DNA from: Lytechinus pictus
Lineage: Eukaryota
Assembly: GCF_037042905.1 (NCBI RefSeq)
Contig: NC_087263.1
Span: 15,316,001 to 15,380,000, forward strand
Length of the DNA: 64,000 nt
Reading direction: 5' to 3'
Part shown: one piece after another, positions 14,361-27,755 of the stretch
Numbering within the stretch: the first letter of the stretch is position 1
How the letters are laid out: every line of letters starts with the position of its first letter
The notes under the pieces: model-generated
The model's input: only the letters and a program-made list of their open reading frames with translations
Databases searched by the model: none
Told to the model about the DNA's origin: nothing
Translations under genes and position numbers: made by a program

Positions 14361-15771
14361 CTTTCAAAATTCAAACCCTTTCCTCTCTCGTCTTTTATCG
14401 TTGGACAGCTATGGACGTCCCTACAAAATAAAAGAAGCCAATGGTAACAGGCCTACTGGTTGGACACTCATAGCATTAACCTCTGGCATCCTGGAACTGG
14501 GCAGTCTGCAGGGGTGGCACTACAGGGGGGCAGGGGCTCACCCCCCCCCCCCATGGTTAAAGCAGTGCAAAGAAGTGAGGGAGGAAAAAGAAAAAAAGAG
14601 GAAGAAAAGGGAAAATAGAAGAGTATGAAAGAGGGAGGTCTGGGTCAATGTAAATGTTACCAATTATTATGTATTATAGATAATTTAGGTTGAGAACACC
14701 CCCCCCCCCAACCACCACCACCACCAGCTGTCCTGGAAAGACCATTCATGTGTATAGTAATTCGTTACAAAGTCTCCGGACAAGCTCATGGACCCCTCAT
14801 CGCATCCACCACCTACTCATCATACCTCACTGCCATACAGTTGCTTCCCAAGACTCAACTCACAGCAACCACTCTTTTTTCTGCTCCAATTTGTCTGTTT
14901 TTATATGGATTTTTCAGTCATTTTGAGGACGTCATCTTACATCACGAAATACACTTCCTACTCGCATCTGATTCCCCTTCTTCACAGTATCAATACTCCG
15001 CAATCCAACAGTCCTTTTCATGACTATCCACATGGTTTAAACGTAACCACCATGCATGTGCAAACCTTCCGAAGATGATCATCTAAGCAATCAAAACATA
15101 CATTGTTGACACATCAATCAACATCGGAACTCTTACTTACAGCTATCTCTTATCTCTTGGACATGCTTTACATGAAGCCTGTATGGAGTTTACCTGTCGA
15201 AAATTCCTTAAAAATCCTTCAAAATTGTTGCAAACTGGGGGAACTTCCCGATTCAAGTCCACAAAATTAATGTCAACACTCCACAGCACAAATACACATG
15301 GTTGCAGACAGCTGATCGAGTTTTCGGCACGTGCACCTGTTTTGATATCCCATCTTCCAGTCTCAAACAGATTCAGCGATTGGCCCAAAATCGTCGGTCG
15401 TTCCCACTAATTATACAAGGGAAGAAAAGAGCGCCAGAGTGTGAGGGACAACAAAAAATAAACAAATCTGTCCGATGGCAAAATGGTAGCGAGAGGTGGC
15501 GCTATTACACAGAGCTGAACACCGGTTTTCAAAACTAAGGGACTGGATTATGCAACGAGAGAAAAAGATATTGAAAATGGAAGGAATTATAACATAAAAC
15601 GGCCGGGCGAACGTGCTCGCCCCTAATCAGTAGGCAAACCCCCCTCCCCCAAAAAAAAGGGGGAGGGGGAGGGAAAAGATAAGGGGCTACTGTGGGCGAC
15701 AGAAGATAAAATATTTTTATAAATATTTTTTTTAACAATTTGAAGAAAGATATCATTTGCGTAGGCTGCTT

Positions 15772-16011
15772 CACAGCAAAAACTGCGGTGTTAACCGGTG
15801 TACATAGAGGACCACACCAGTGATTTTACACTGGTGTTAAATTGACAGTGTTAGTTTAGCACCTATAGGTGTTATTGCAACACCTTTTTGTTGTTACATG
15901 TACACTCTTAGGTGTTATATTCAATCTCTAGGGTGTAATTTTAACACCAGAGGGTGTGGTCCTCTATTAACACCCACTGGTGTTAGTTTTAACACCACAG
16001 TTTTTACAGTG
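15772..16011. mobile_element. CAC..GTG-terminated MITE (EnSpm/CACTA-like)
   Basis: CACAGCAAAAACTGCGGTGTTAA ... TTAACACCACAGTTTTTACAGTG with internal AACACC/GGTGTT subrepeats. Confidence 0.6.
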
Positions 16012-16209
16012 TTGGCACAGCGTGAAGACAGCGGGGGTGCATTTATTTTCAGAGTGGGAGGGGGATGCTGTGTACAAATCTCCCCAGGCTTCAAGGAGGA
16101 AAAACTATGATATTGTTTGATATAAACTGAAATTTAGTATCATTCACCATCGTCATTATTATCGTAAATATATGTATAAATATCATCATAGTTATAGGCC
16201 AACATTATA

Positions 16210-17490
16210 CAGTGCGTATAAGAAAAAAGGTTTAGGCCTACACTTAGAAATGATCCTGTAAAGCTATATGTTTGTAATATCCCGAAGCTTTTTCGACATT
16301 TAAACGTTGATATAGATCTCTTTTAAGCAATTGACGACATAACTGTCGAAAAAATCTTTCCAATTGAATCAGCACCACTTCCTACTTTTGAAAAGTTCGT
16401 GAAAAAATGATTTGCACAGAACTTGGAAATAGTTATATGAATAAAAAGTAGACGTTTATCACGAAGAACACATGTAATTTAGCCAGGAAGATTGATTTGA
16501 AGATATATTTTACATTTTTAACTGGTTTCCTTGCCCAAAACACTTCATTGAGCGCCGTTGCGCCTCCCCCACCCCCTTCCCCCCTCGCCACACACCCCGA
16601 GGCCATCGTGGTGATATCTGCTTTACACGGAGCTGTGATTCACATGGAGTTGCTTAGGCTTGATTGTCCTACTGTTAATCGTTGTCAAGCTTGGGAAAAG
16701 TGTGGAGATGCAAGTATTAAATGAAATATGAAATGTAAACCCACTTTAAATAATAAGAACTTAGCGAAAAAAATGCTGGAGATGTCTGAAATAAACTTTA
16801 CATTAAGTTATGTCCTCAGATCCAGCTGGCACAACAAAAAGTAAAGGTTGTGTTTACCTAGGGTCAAAATGTTTATTGGGGTGGCAAAGTTGTACAAAAT
16901 GTTTAAATGTATCTGTTTTATTTCAATTGGCTAAAAATGCAAAAGACATGTATGAGAAATGTAAGCACCCCGCACGATCAGTTTGTTATCGCCCTTTTTT
17001 CCCTTGACACAGCGTGAAAATTAGCATTTCTGTGCAAACCGATTTTTGCGAGCTTTACGAAAATGGACAGTGTTCATTTTAGTGCAACATTCTGTCGAAA
17101 TTTTCACTTCCATTTGATAGACGAGACCCAAACCCAAGAATATATGTGAAAAAAATGATCCCCATGTTGCACGTTTTTTTCAATTCCCAGTACACTCTAA
17201 AAAAAAATATTGGGTAAAAATGCTCCGTGAGGGTAATTATGTCTCCAACCAACATTGGTCATTTCTTTTGGGCGATTTTATTTATCCAGTGTTCCAGTGT
17301 GATGAAAAGTTTGCCCATTCTAAAGTAATTGCAGCTTATTTTTTTAACCTTACAGGACAATATGGTTCCCGCATTGGGTAAAATACTGCCCCAAATTGGT
17401 TGGACACATACCCTCGCGCTGGTTAAAATTTTATCCAATATTTTTATAGTGCACTCTTACAAAGTGTAAACTTTTTATTGATACGCACTG
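16210..17490. mobile_element. Tc1/mariner-like non-autonomous element (TA TSD) carrying a nested CAC..GTG MITE at ~17193-17451
   Basis: TA|CAGTGCGTATAAGAAAAAAG ... CTTTTTATTGATACGCACTG|TA; nested CACTCTAAAAAAAAATATTGGGTAAAA ... TTTTATCCAATATTTTTATAGTG. Confidence 0.7.
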
Positions 17491-17969
17491 TATTGGCCTC
17501 ATGCGATCAAGTTAATGAAGTCCATTAAAGTTATCCAAAAATAATGTGTCTTTATAGTGAGTTAATAAAACACTTCTTTTATTACAATAAACTTTCGTGT
17601 AAGCTATTTTGTTGTAATGTTAACCTGATGGCTAGGCGCCAGTGGAAAGCAATCATCAAAAGGAACGATATACCATTTGAAAATTAAGCCTATATTTTTT
17701 TTGTAACGTTATCGATTTTCACTTTAAAATTGCCAGGTATGAAGAGTAAATAATATTCCCACTCTCTAATGAACTGTAATAAAGGAAGTGGTGGACTCTA
17801 TTTCAGTACTTCGCGGGGAACTTCGACAACGAAGCGACCGTATAAAAATTTTAAGGCTTATTCTATTGTTTTGTATAGAAAAAGAAGTCATCAGTGTAGT
17901 TTAATTAGCGTATTATTGTAAAATATAATATTTCAAGTAGACATCATGATAAATGAATACAGGATGATA

Positions 17970-18215
17970 CGCTATTATTTTTATTATTAATTATTATTAT
18001 TAATAGGTACGGCGCGTTTTCCATAAGGCCCAAAGCGCCCACAATGAAAATACTTTAAAAAAATAATATAATGCTAATACTATGAAACTACAAACTACGA
18101 AAGAGATGGATTTTCAATGCCTTTTGGAAAATTTCTGAAATTGAAACTATATATGCAGGGGCTGCAATCTTATAACTCGCCATAGATATTCTGCACTCCT
18201 GATGATTTTATAATA
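17970..18215 (-). mobile_element. 3' fragment of an L2/CR1-group LINE
   Basis: Minus strand encodes FQKALKIHLF, resembling the FKxxLKTHLF ORF2 C-terminus, followed by a (TAA)n tail. Confidence 0.45.
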
Positions 18216-18270
18216 CTTACATCGGGGAGTCTGTGGGTATACTATAGATCTAGCATCTGACACTTACGGC

Positions 18271-21200
18271 CAGGGGCGTCGCTTGGCCTTTTCCAGTAGG
18301 GGGGTGTGTAGGCCCTGATTACCGACAAATATCGGTAGCGATTACCGACGTCCGACAACCATGAATCTTGGAAGTGTTCTACATTCTCCTTAGTCGCATT
18401 TTCTTTCGTCATACCCAGGATCAGTTTCAGCTTTTATCGAAGGGGGGGGGGGGATATTTTCATCAACCATTTCCCTTCGCGGCTGCCGAAATCTGATTTT
18501 TTTTTTTTTTTTTTTTTAAGGGGTTAGTCCTAACTAAAATTTTTTACTTTTAGAAGCAACATAAGGTATATCATGTGACCTGAATATAAATTACCACCTG
18601 AGCGCGAGCTCAAATTTTTGGATATTTTATATATTTAGCCCTGAAAATTGAACATTGTGAGCAACTTTTGTAATCATCATGGGGGTATCTAACTAAACGA
18701 TCCATGCGAGCGCAAAGCGCGAGCTAAAATTTTTAATATACTGGCCAGCAAAGAGACCTGTTAAAGGCTGTTTGTAGTGATCCATGAATGAATACATTTC
18801 TCTCCAATCCCAAAACGTGAGCGCGAAGCGCTTGCTAAATAATTGTATATTTCTACCTGAAAACTCCATTGTAACCATGAAGAGGGTAAATATATCAACC
18901 AGACAATTGATACGAGCGCGAAGCGCGAGCTGAAATTTTGATCTCCGACCAGAAAACTGGGCATTGTAAGCACTTTTGCATGAATAAAATGCATATATAG
19001 CAATTTTCATGTGAGTGTGAGCTGATACTTTCAATTAACCTTTTTGAAAAAACGTGTTTATCAACTGTTTAAGGGACTCATGAATATAATAAATTTCTCA
19101 CTAATCAAATAGACCGAGCGCAAATTTTAATTTATTGACCCGAAAGGGAATATTTTAAGCACTGTCCAACATGAAGGAAAAGGGTTCACTGTCGGTACAA
19201 AAGTACCAGCTGAGAACTCTTTGATAGTTTGACTTGGAAACTTAACAACTTCACACGTTTTTGTATAAAGAACAAACTTAGATTCCACATATGTAATTGA
19301 ACAAGGTGTGTATCTCAATAAAATTTTTGGATAATTTTTCTTGAAAACTAAACGTATTTACATGTTTCTACATTAAAACAAACTCAGTTTCTGCGTCTGT
19401 AATTGAACAAGCTGTGTATGTCATATACAGAATCCAAGCGCGAAGCGCGAGTTGATTTTTGGGGGATATTTTGACTTGAAAACTAAACATTTTTACATGT
19501 ACTTACATTGTTGAAACTCAGTTTCTGCATCTGTAATTTAACAAGCTGTGTATCTCACTGCGAGCGCGAAGCGAGCGGAAATTTTGGCAACATTTTCACT
19601 AAATATATGAAGCGAGCGCGAAGCGCGAGCTGATTTTTTTTCTCCAGATTTAGACTTTTAACCGGGACATTCTTATTACTGTCCATGCTGTCGGTACAGA
19701 AGCGCGAACAGAGAACATTTGATATTTTTACTTGAAAACTAACTTTTTCACACGTTTTTTATATAAAGAATAAACTCAGATATGCATATTCATTTTACCA
19801 ATCTGTGTATCTTAATGCGAGCGCGAAGCGAGAGCGAACATTTTTTATAATTCAGAGGGAAATTTCAGCAACATTTTCAGCAAAATTTGTACTAAATATA
19901 TGATGCGAGCGCGAAGCGCGAGCTGAATTTTTTTTAGATTAAGACTTAAACCGGGACTTTCTAATCATTGTCGGTAGCCTACTGAGAGCTCCCCATGATC
20001 GCATTGCAAAAGAAAATCGTAATTCAACGATAGTAGTATGCAATTTGACATCATTTTACCGACAAAGATAATGGAACTCAAAGACCAAGTAGACGGGTCA
20101 ATATATGGTTTGACCCGGAACAAATTGTAACAAATGATTTTTCAACGGTATTTTGTACTTTTTGACCTCGGGAATAACATACTAAAAATCTACCAAAATC
20201 CGCATCCGGGAAAGTGGTTATTTTCAAGATGGCGTCCAATATGGCCGCCATTCACTAAAAATGGATATAACTCACTCATTATCCACCCTAGAACTTCCTA
20301 TTTGGGTTCATATTCCATGGTCCAAAGGGTAAAAGAATTTACTTATACAGGTTAGAGTGAATATTAGTACTCCAGGGTACAAGGAAAATCCAAGATGGCG
20401 CCCAAAATGGCTGCCGTACTCTAAGAAATCCACAATTCATCTATAACTTACTGAAGTCGCTTTAATTTGGTTTCCATTCGATTGTTTTAATGATGAAGTA
20501 GTGCGTCGGGACAAGTTACAAGGATAGCCAGTGGTCTAGTGTGTCCAGAAATACAAGATGGCTTCCAAAAGTTGAGTTTAAAATGGCTGTTAATCCTTAA
20601 AATGGACATAGCTTATATATCACATCCACCTGAGAGATATGATTTTGGTGTCTAGACCATGGTTTCCATGGTCAAATAATACATTGAGACAAGTTACAAG
20701 GACAGTCAGTGGTCCGGTATCTTAAAAAATCCAAGATGGCTTCCAAACATGGAGTAAAAATGCTGTTGCTACTTAAAAAAAAAAACCCAACATAGTTTGT
20801 TCAATATCCGGGAATTTTTTGATTTTTTTGTTGATTTTTTGTGCTTATACCATGGTTAAATGGGTCAAATAATAAATTGGGATAAGTTACAAGGACGATT
20901 GGTGATCAAATATGTCAAAAAGTCCACGGTGGCTTAAAAAATAGTATCAATTAGCCGCGATGTTATTTAAAAATGGACATAGTTCATGTTTTATTCGTCA
21001 AGGGCATATGATTTTGTTGCCTATATCATAGTTTCAAAAGGCAAAAAGTCAGTGGTCCAGTATGTCGAAAATCTAAGAAAGCTTTAAAAAATCGGAGTCT
21101 AGAATGACTGCTATTACTTTAAAAATTGACATAGTTCATTTAAAGTCCACCTAGGAGATATGATTTCAGTGTCCACACTATGGTTTGATGGTTAAACTAA

Positions 21201-23490
21201 TACGTTTAGACTGGTTACATTGATATGCAGTTGTCCAGTTTGCCTAAAACACAAGAGGGTTTTTAAAAAAGGAATCTAAAACGACTCATATCATTCAATA
21301 GTGGTCAGAGTTCTACAATATTCATCTGCAAGAAATAATGTTGGTGTCCAAATTGTGGTATGAAGGGTCAAATAATACATTCGGACTAGTAACAAGGATG
21401 GTTAGTACTCAATTTTTTCAAAGAATACATGATGGATTCTAAAATTTCATCAAAATGGGTGCTATTACCAACTCATGAAACAATATGATAACTTGTCCCC
21501 ATGCATTTAAGTGTAGGCAGCAAGATTATTTCTAACAGGTAGATATATTATGTAACAGTAGGCACTTTAGAACCCATTTTTAAGCCAACTTGGATTTTAA
21601 GGCAAAATGGATAGCTGCATATCATGGTAACCAGTCCCAAAGTATTGTTTGGCCCTTGAAACCCTAGTGTAGTAACAGCAGTCATTTAAGACCCCCATTT
21701 TTAAAGCCAACTTTGATTTTTGGACACACCTCACACCTGACTGTCCTTTCAACTTATCCCAATGTATTACTTGACCCTGCAAACTCTAGTATAGACAGCA
21801 AAATCATACCTCCAAGGTTTATTTATAATAAACTATGCATACTTAATCTTGGATTTTTAACATACAGACAACATGTGGGTCTTGTAACTTACCCTAGTGT
21901 ATTACTTGACCCTTTTAAACCATGCTTTTAACACCAAACTCATATTCCCCAGACATATATTAAACAAACTATGTCCTTTTATAAGTAACATTAGACATTT
22001 TTTACTCCATTTTTGGAAACCATCTTGTAATTTTTGACATACTAGACCACTGACTGCCATTGTCTTGTCCTAATATATAAGTTGACCCTTAAACCAGTGG
22101 TTTAGACACCAAAATCGCATCTCCCATGCCGATATGAATCAAGCTATGTCCGCTTTAAGTAGCAGCAGTCAATTTAGAATCAATTTTTGGAAGCCAACTT
22201 AACATTTTTGACCGACCAGGCCACTGACTGTCCTTGTAACTTGCCCTAATGTATTAATTGATACTTGAAACAAGTTGTTTAGACACCAAAATCAAATTTC
22301 CAGGCCGATAAGAAAAGAGACTTGTCCGCTTTAAGTATCAGCAGCATATTTCTAAGACCAATTTTTAGAATCCATCGATGATTTTTGCTCATACCAGACC
22401 ACTGACTTTCCTTGTAACTTGTCCCAATGTATTATTTGACCCATTTAACCATGGTATAGACACAAAAAAATCATATTTCTGGACATTGAGCAAGCTATGT
22501 CGGGTTTTTTTAAGTAGCAACAGCAATTTTCGACTCCATTTTTGGAAGCCATCTTGGATTTTTGGACACGCCAGACCACTGGCTGTCCTTGTAACTTGTT
22601 ACATTGTACTATTTCACCCTTAAAACCATTGAATAAAAATAAATTTACATGAATTGTGGATTTTCAGCCTACGGCAGCTATTTTGGGCGCCATCTTGGAT
22701 TTGCCTGGTACACAGGAGGGCTTATAATTCATTCTAGCCTAAATCAATTTTTGTACCCTCAGACCATGAAATATGAACCGAAATAGGATTCTAGGGTGGA
22801 TAATGTGTGAGTTATATCCATTTTTAGTGAATGGCGGCCATCTTGCACGCCATCTTGAAAATAACCACTTTCCCGGATGCGGATTTTGGTAGATTTTAAG
22901 TATGTTAATACTAAGGTCAAATAGTACAAAATACCGTTGAAAAATCATTTGTTGCAATTTGTTCTGGGTAAGGCTATTTTTGGTCGTATATTGACCCGTC
23001 TAAAGTAAGAACAAGGTACATGGAGCAGTTGGAACAGCCCTGCGTGACCCGACAGTTTGTCATTTTCCCAACGAGCGTCAGTCCAACAGCCCTGCGCTTG
23101 CGTAACAGACAATTATAATAATTTATAATAATAATAATCTCAGACTCCACATCTTTAATTCCACCGACACACAGGTTTACCTAATCAAAACCTTGTCTAC
23201 CCCTTCCTTTCGTGCTCCTTTTCCTCTTTATCCTTTTCTTTCTTTTTCCTTTCTTTCTTTCTTTCTTCTTTCTTTCCTTCCTTTCTTTCTTTCTTCTTTC
23301 TTTCTTTCTTTCTTTCTTTTTCATTTCTTTTTTTTCTTTCTCTTCTTTCCCTTTTCTTTCCTCTTTCTCCCTTCTTTTTTTCCCTTCTCGCTCCTTTTTA
23401 TTTTCATTTTCCCGACGGCAGCGCTGATTTACCGACGATATCCAAACAAGTGGGGGGTGGGGGTCACCTCCCCCTTTAGCGACGGCCCTG
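18271..23490. mobile_element. hAT-like non-autonomous element with GCGAGCGCGAAGCGCGAG subrepeats, interrupted by the 20090-23002 element
   Basis: Termini CAGGGGCGTCGCT / AGCGACGGCCCTG; repeated GCGAGCGCGAAGCGCGAGC motifs at 18600-19930. No TSD recognisable. Confidence 0.6.
20090..23002. mobile_element. 2.9-kb foldback non-autonomous transposon, TAG..CTA ends, 3-bp TSD (Academ-like)
   Basis: AAG|TAGACGGGTCAATATA ... TATATTGACCCGTCTA|AAG. Inverted arms exceed 1 kb; ORF-track peptides 20134(+) and 22957(-) are near-identical mirror images. Internal ~180-bp tandem units. Confidence 0.85.
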
Positions 23491-23656
23491 ATTATGAAAA
23501 TCCACACAGCAAAAATTGTGCAATAACAAGAGAAAAATCAAACAATCATAACGCTGAGTTTCATCACAAGCGGATGTAAAATGAGAAAGTTTTAACTGCA
23601 TTTTAAAATATCGCCTATTATCACAAACTATATGCACACACATAGTCGGTATGCAA

Positions 23657-23925
23657 ATAATAATAATAAGATAGGTATATTTACCCAGGGAAGCCACTTC
23701 AGTTCTGAAAACTGTTCTCCCAGCAGGCCCTGCTATTATTACACCGGCTTTAGCTGGGCTGCCTAGGCGAAGGAATTTCGTCCTACCGGGTACCCATTCA
23801 CCTCACCTGGGTCGAGTGCAGCACAATGTAGATACATTTCTTGTTAAAGGAAATAACGTTGGATTCGAACCCACGACCCTCTGTTTCAAAGTCAGAAGAC
23901 TAATCCACTGGGCCACAACGCTTCA
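23657..23925 (-). mobile_element. tRNA-derived SINE (same core as 9655)
   Basis: Minus-strand A-box TGGCCCAGTGG, B-box GGTTCGAATCC, core GCACTCGACCCAGGTGAGGTGAATGGGTACC, (ATT)n tail. Confidence 0.8.
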
Positions 23926-25309
23926 CTCCACTTTTGCTCCACAAATGAGGAAAACAATGACATCATGGCACTCACTATACTTTTTTAATATGAATTCTTT
24001 CCTCATTGAATGAGAACAAATCTCGATTCCTCCTTCACACATGTGGAATTGCCATTATTGTAACATTTTCTGATTGAATAATCAGTTTCCTCATATAAAA
24101 TCTGCTAAAATTGAATTCATGAAATATTAAAGTTGAAGAAATAGTGAGTGTTGTAAGACCATCGACTCTTTCAGCATGTTCAGTTGCATTTCACTGTGTT
24201 GCGCGTATTGCTCTTTTATGAGAAATAACCGAAATATCAAAATGTAAGGAAAAAATAATATTTGTTATTATTGCGATTTCGAAAATATTGTTAGTGTGCT
24301 TGTTCGGTTTTACGTTTATCTGCCTTGCATTCGCTGGCAAAAGCTGTTTGTAAAATTCTGCGCCGTCAAAAGGGGTCAAAGGCAAGCTAGCAGCTGTTCA
24401 TCAGAGCGGGAAACGTGTTGAGAAAGGCACCATTACATTCGTGCATGATTATGCCGATTGCTGTGGTGGTTTCGTTATAATTATTCTGAACATTCATGAT
24501 ATTTCTATTATGGCTTTTGATACGGGGTTGATACACACTCTGGTGCATGGCAAATTCAAGGACTACCTTGTGGACTACCCAACGTGTGTATGCCTATGCC
24601 ATCTCATACCATTGTTTAATTCTTGTCTGCTACAACAGGAAATACACAATAGCCTACTCGTATTACCCCTCTTTTTCTGTAAAAAAATAATGTAGTCCGT
24701 TTTGATATTGTTCAAATCGCCTAAACCAGTATGATTACGCGTATGGAACAAATCTCCATATAGTGGACGGTCTCTTTATCTCCACGAGTTGGTTGGGGAT
24801 CGGGGGTGGAACATGTCGCAATTCTTTCTCAAGAATGTTTTACAGATTTTTATGGCTGGTGCTATCACTGGGGTATTTCTGCTCCTCTTTCGTAGGCATG
24901 CAGGAATCCGGCAGTTTGAAAGGTAAGAGTATTTCCACAATCCCAGTATTTCCATATTCAAGGAACTCTCCTTGTTTGGGAATTTTTTGCATTGACGTCA
25001 GAAGGAATTTTTCAGTGAATTTTGGAAATTCAACGATTTACAAGAAAAATGAAGAAAAAAAAAGGTCAAGGAATAAAGCCATATTTTAGTAAGTATTTCC
25101 ACTCTCCCATCATATAAACTATGTTCTTTATTAGGGCTAGATATTATTTTGAACTTTTATTATTTTTATTTTCAATTTTGCATGGGTGGCTGTCGCAAAG
25201 GGAACTCTTCCCAAAATCTCAAATTTTCATTGAATAAAGACCGGATATTAGACCGTTACACATGATTGGTTTCCATTTTCAGTGTTCACATACACTATAT
25301 GGTACATGC

Positions 25310-27366
25310 CAGTGGCGTACCGTGGGTCACGGTATTGGGGGGGGCACCAGCAAATAATTTGAGTCACTTAGTGAGCGCGCGAAGCGCGCTCAGTTGCCAG
25401 GTATACTGACCTAATAGAGACACTGATTTTAAGGACAATGCCATTGAACGGATATATGTATCTCACTGGGCAAATAATGCGAGCGCGAAGCAGAAGCTAA
25501 AAATTTTTGATATTCAAACCTAATAAGGGACATTATAATCAATTTTTTGTAATCATAATACGTATATCTGTCTCGCTAAACAATGCGAGCGCGAAGCGCG
25601 AGCTGAAAATTTTGTATATATTGACCCAAAACAGGGAGATTTTAAGGACTATAATCCATTAAGAGTACACATATCTCACCATAGTCATCTAATGCGAGTG
25701 CCAAGCGCTTGCTGAAGTTTGTTAGAATAACATCTAAACACATGAAGCACTTTTTTGTAGTCATTGTAATTATGATTATCATACGCATCTCACTAATCAA
25801 ATATTGCGAGCGCGAAGCGCGAGCTGAAAATTTAGATAATTCAGACCAGAAGTGGGGGCATTATAAGGATTGCTTGTAGGAATTCAGACCATACGTAATT
25901 CACTAACCAATTGATGCGAGCGCGAAGCGCGAGCCGAAAATTTTTAATATTCAGATGAGAAAAAGGGGCATTTTAAGGACTGATTTTAGGAATTCATGGG
26001 GGGCAGACATATCTGAGATGTTTCTTTTTCAAGACTACTTAAAGTGATTACTCCATGTTAAGGTCTTAATGAAAAAAACATTTCCTGTCCGTGATAACGT
26101 TCGCATTAGTGGATTGGTGAGACTCACCAATCCACTAATGCGAACGTTATCACGGACAGGAAATGTTTTTTCATTAAGACCTTAACATGGAGTAATCACT
26201 TTAAGTAGTCTTGAAAAAGAAGCATATGTCACTACATAAAACAATAACTCGAAGTACGAGGAAATATATTTGGTGTATATTGACTTGAAAACGGGAGGTT
26301 TTAGTACAACAGGATTATATATCTTGTTAAGCAGACAATGCGAGCACCAGGAACAATGAAGACATAGGCCCTGAGCAAATTATTTTTCTTAAAGTTATGA
26401 TGAAAATAATGTAAATATGAAAATGAAAAATGAAAATATTAAAGGAGAATGAAACCCTTGAAACCAGCTGAATCCATATCAAAGAGAAAAATCAAAGAAA
26501 CATATTGTTGAAAGTTTGAGGAAGATTGAATGAATAATAAGAAAGTTATGAGCATTCGAATATTGAGATCACTAGTGCCATGTAGATCCTCCCAACGGCA
26601 ATGCGACCAAGATCTGTGATATCACACACGTACAACTCCCTCATTACTTTAGTACTTATTTCACTTATATTCTCACTTTTATAGAGTCTACCACAAGGTG
26701 AGGTGTTCTCTTTATGAGATGACAAGTACAGAGGTTTCACAACATTATATCATTGATGAATCGTTTGTCATATGATTAGAATGAGCAAAAAGAGATGTTT
26801 TGGGGTATATTTTCAGTGTCCAAATGGGAGAGTTGTACGTGTGTGACATCACAGATCTTGGTCGCATTGCCAATGGGAGGATCTCCATAGCATTAGTGAT
26901 CTCGACATTCAAATGCTCATAACTCTTTTATTGCTAGTCCTATTTTACTCAAAGTTTTGTTGATCTTATTCTTTGATTTTTCTGCTTTCACAAAAGCTAA
27001 CTTGCTCCAAGAGTTTCATTCTCCTTTAATATAATATAACATTATAATGAATAATGAGGTCTTCTTTCTTACTACGTTTCTCTTCTTTTCTCCCTCTTTT
27101 TCTCCTTTTCCCCGTTTTTTTTTTTTTTTTTTTTTGGTCAGCCGATTTTTTTTCATAAAGTTATGATGAAAATAATGTAACATAACATAAGTATAATATA
27201 ATATAACATTATAATGAATAATGATGTCTCTTTTCCTACTACGTTTCTCTTCTTTTCTCCCTCTTTTTCTCCTTTTCCCCGTTTTTTTTTTTTTTTTTTT
27301 TTTGGTCAGACGATTGGGGGGGCACGTGCCCCCCCCCCATGCCCCCCCCCCGTAGTTACGCCACTG
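25310..27366 (+). mobile_element. hAT-like non-autonomous element with perfect 8-bp TSD, in GAL3ST intron 1
   Basis: GTACATGC|CAGTGGCGTA ... TACGCCACTG|GTACATGC; GCGAGCGCGAAGCGCGAGC subrepeats; contains a nested MITE and a palindrome. Confidence 0.88.
26443..27025. mobile_element. Kolobok-like MITE nested in the hAT element
   Basis: TTAA|AGGAGAATGAAACCCTTG ... CAAGAGTTTCATTCTCCT|TTAA, with long inverted arms. Confidence 0.85.
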
Positions 27367-27755
27367 GTACATGCATAAATAGTGTAGTGGGTATAGATTT
27401 AATACCGAAGCGATGAATAGTTGGCAACACTCGTTATCAGCGATCTCCGACTCGCAATTAGGGAAACAAGAGAGGTGTCATGGCGGCCTGGTTCTACACA
27501 AATGAACCCGCCGAATGAAAGCGCGCGTGTGTTTAGCATAGGAGAAAATGGCTGCTATCGGAATTAGATTTTGTGTTTCAAATTGACATCAGCACCCCTA
27601 GAAAAAAATTGTTCCAGGACCATTGTGTATTGGTTCATGTGAAGACATATTTAGACCAGTGAGTCTGCTGCCTTGAAAGCATCTGAGCTTGACTGAATCA
27701 CGTAAGTCTGTAAGAATAACGAGTATTACGGCGATTTCGTTATATTTTAAACGAA

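Noticed and set aside
23181..23579. ORF-track peptides rich in F/L/S or K/E/R (also 54414-54937 and 60638-60961)
   Set aside because: They are translations of TTTC/GAAA microsatellites, not genes.
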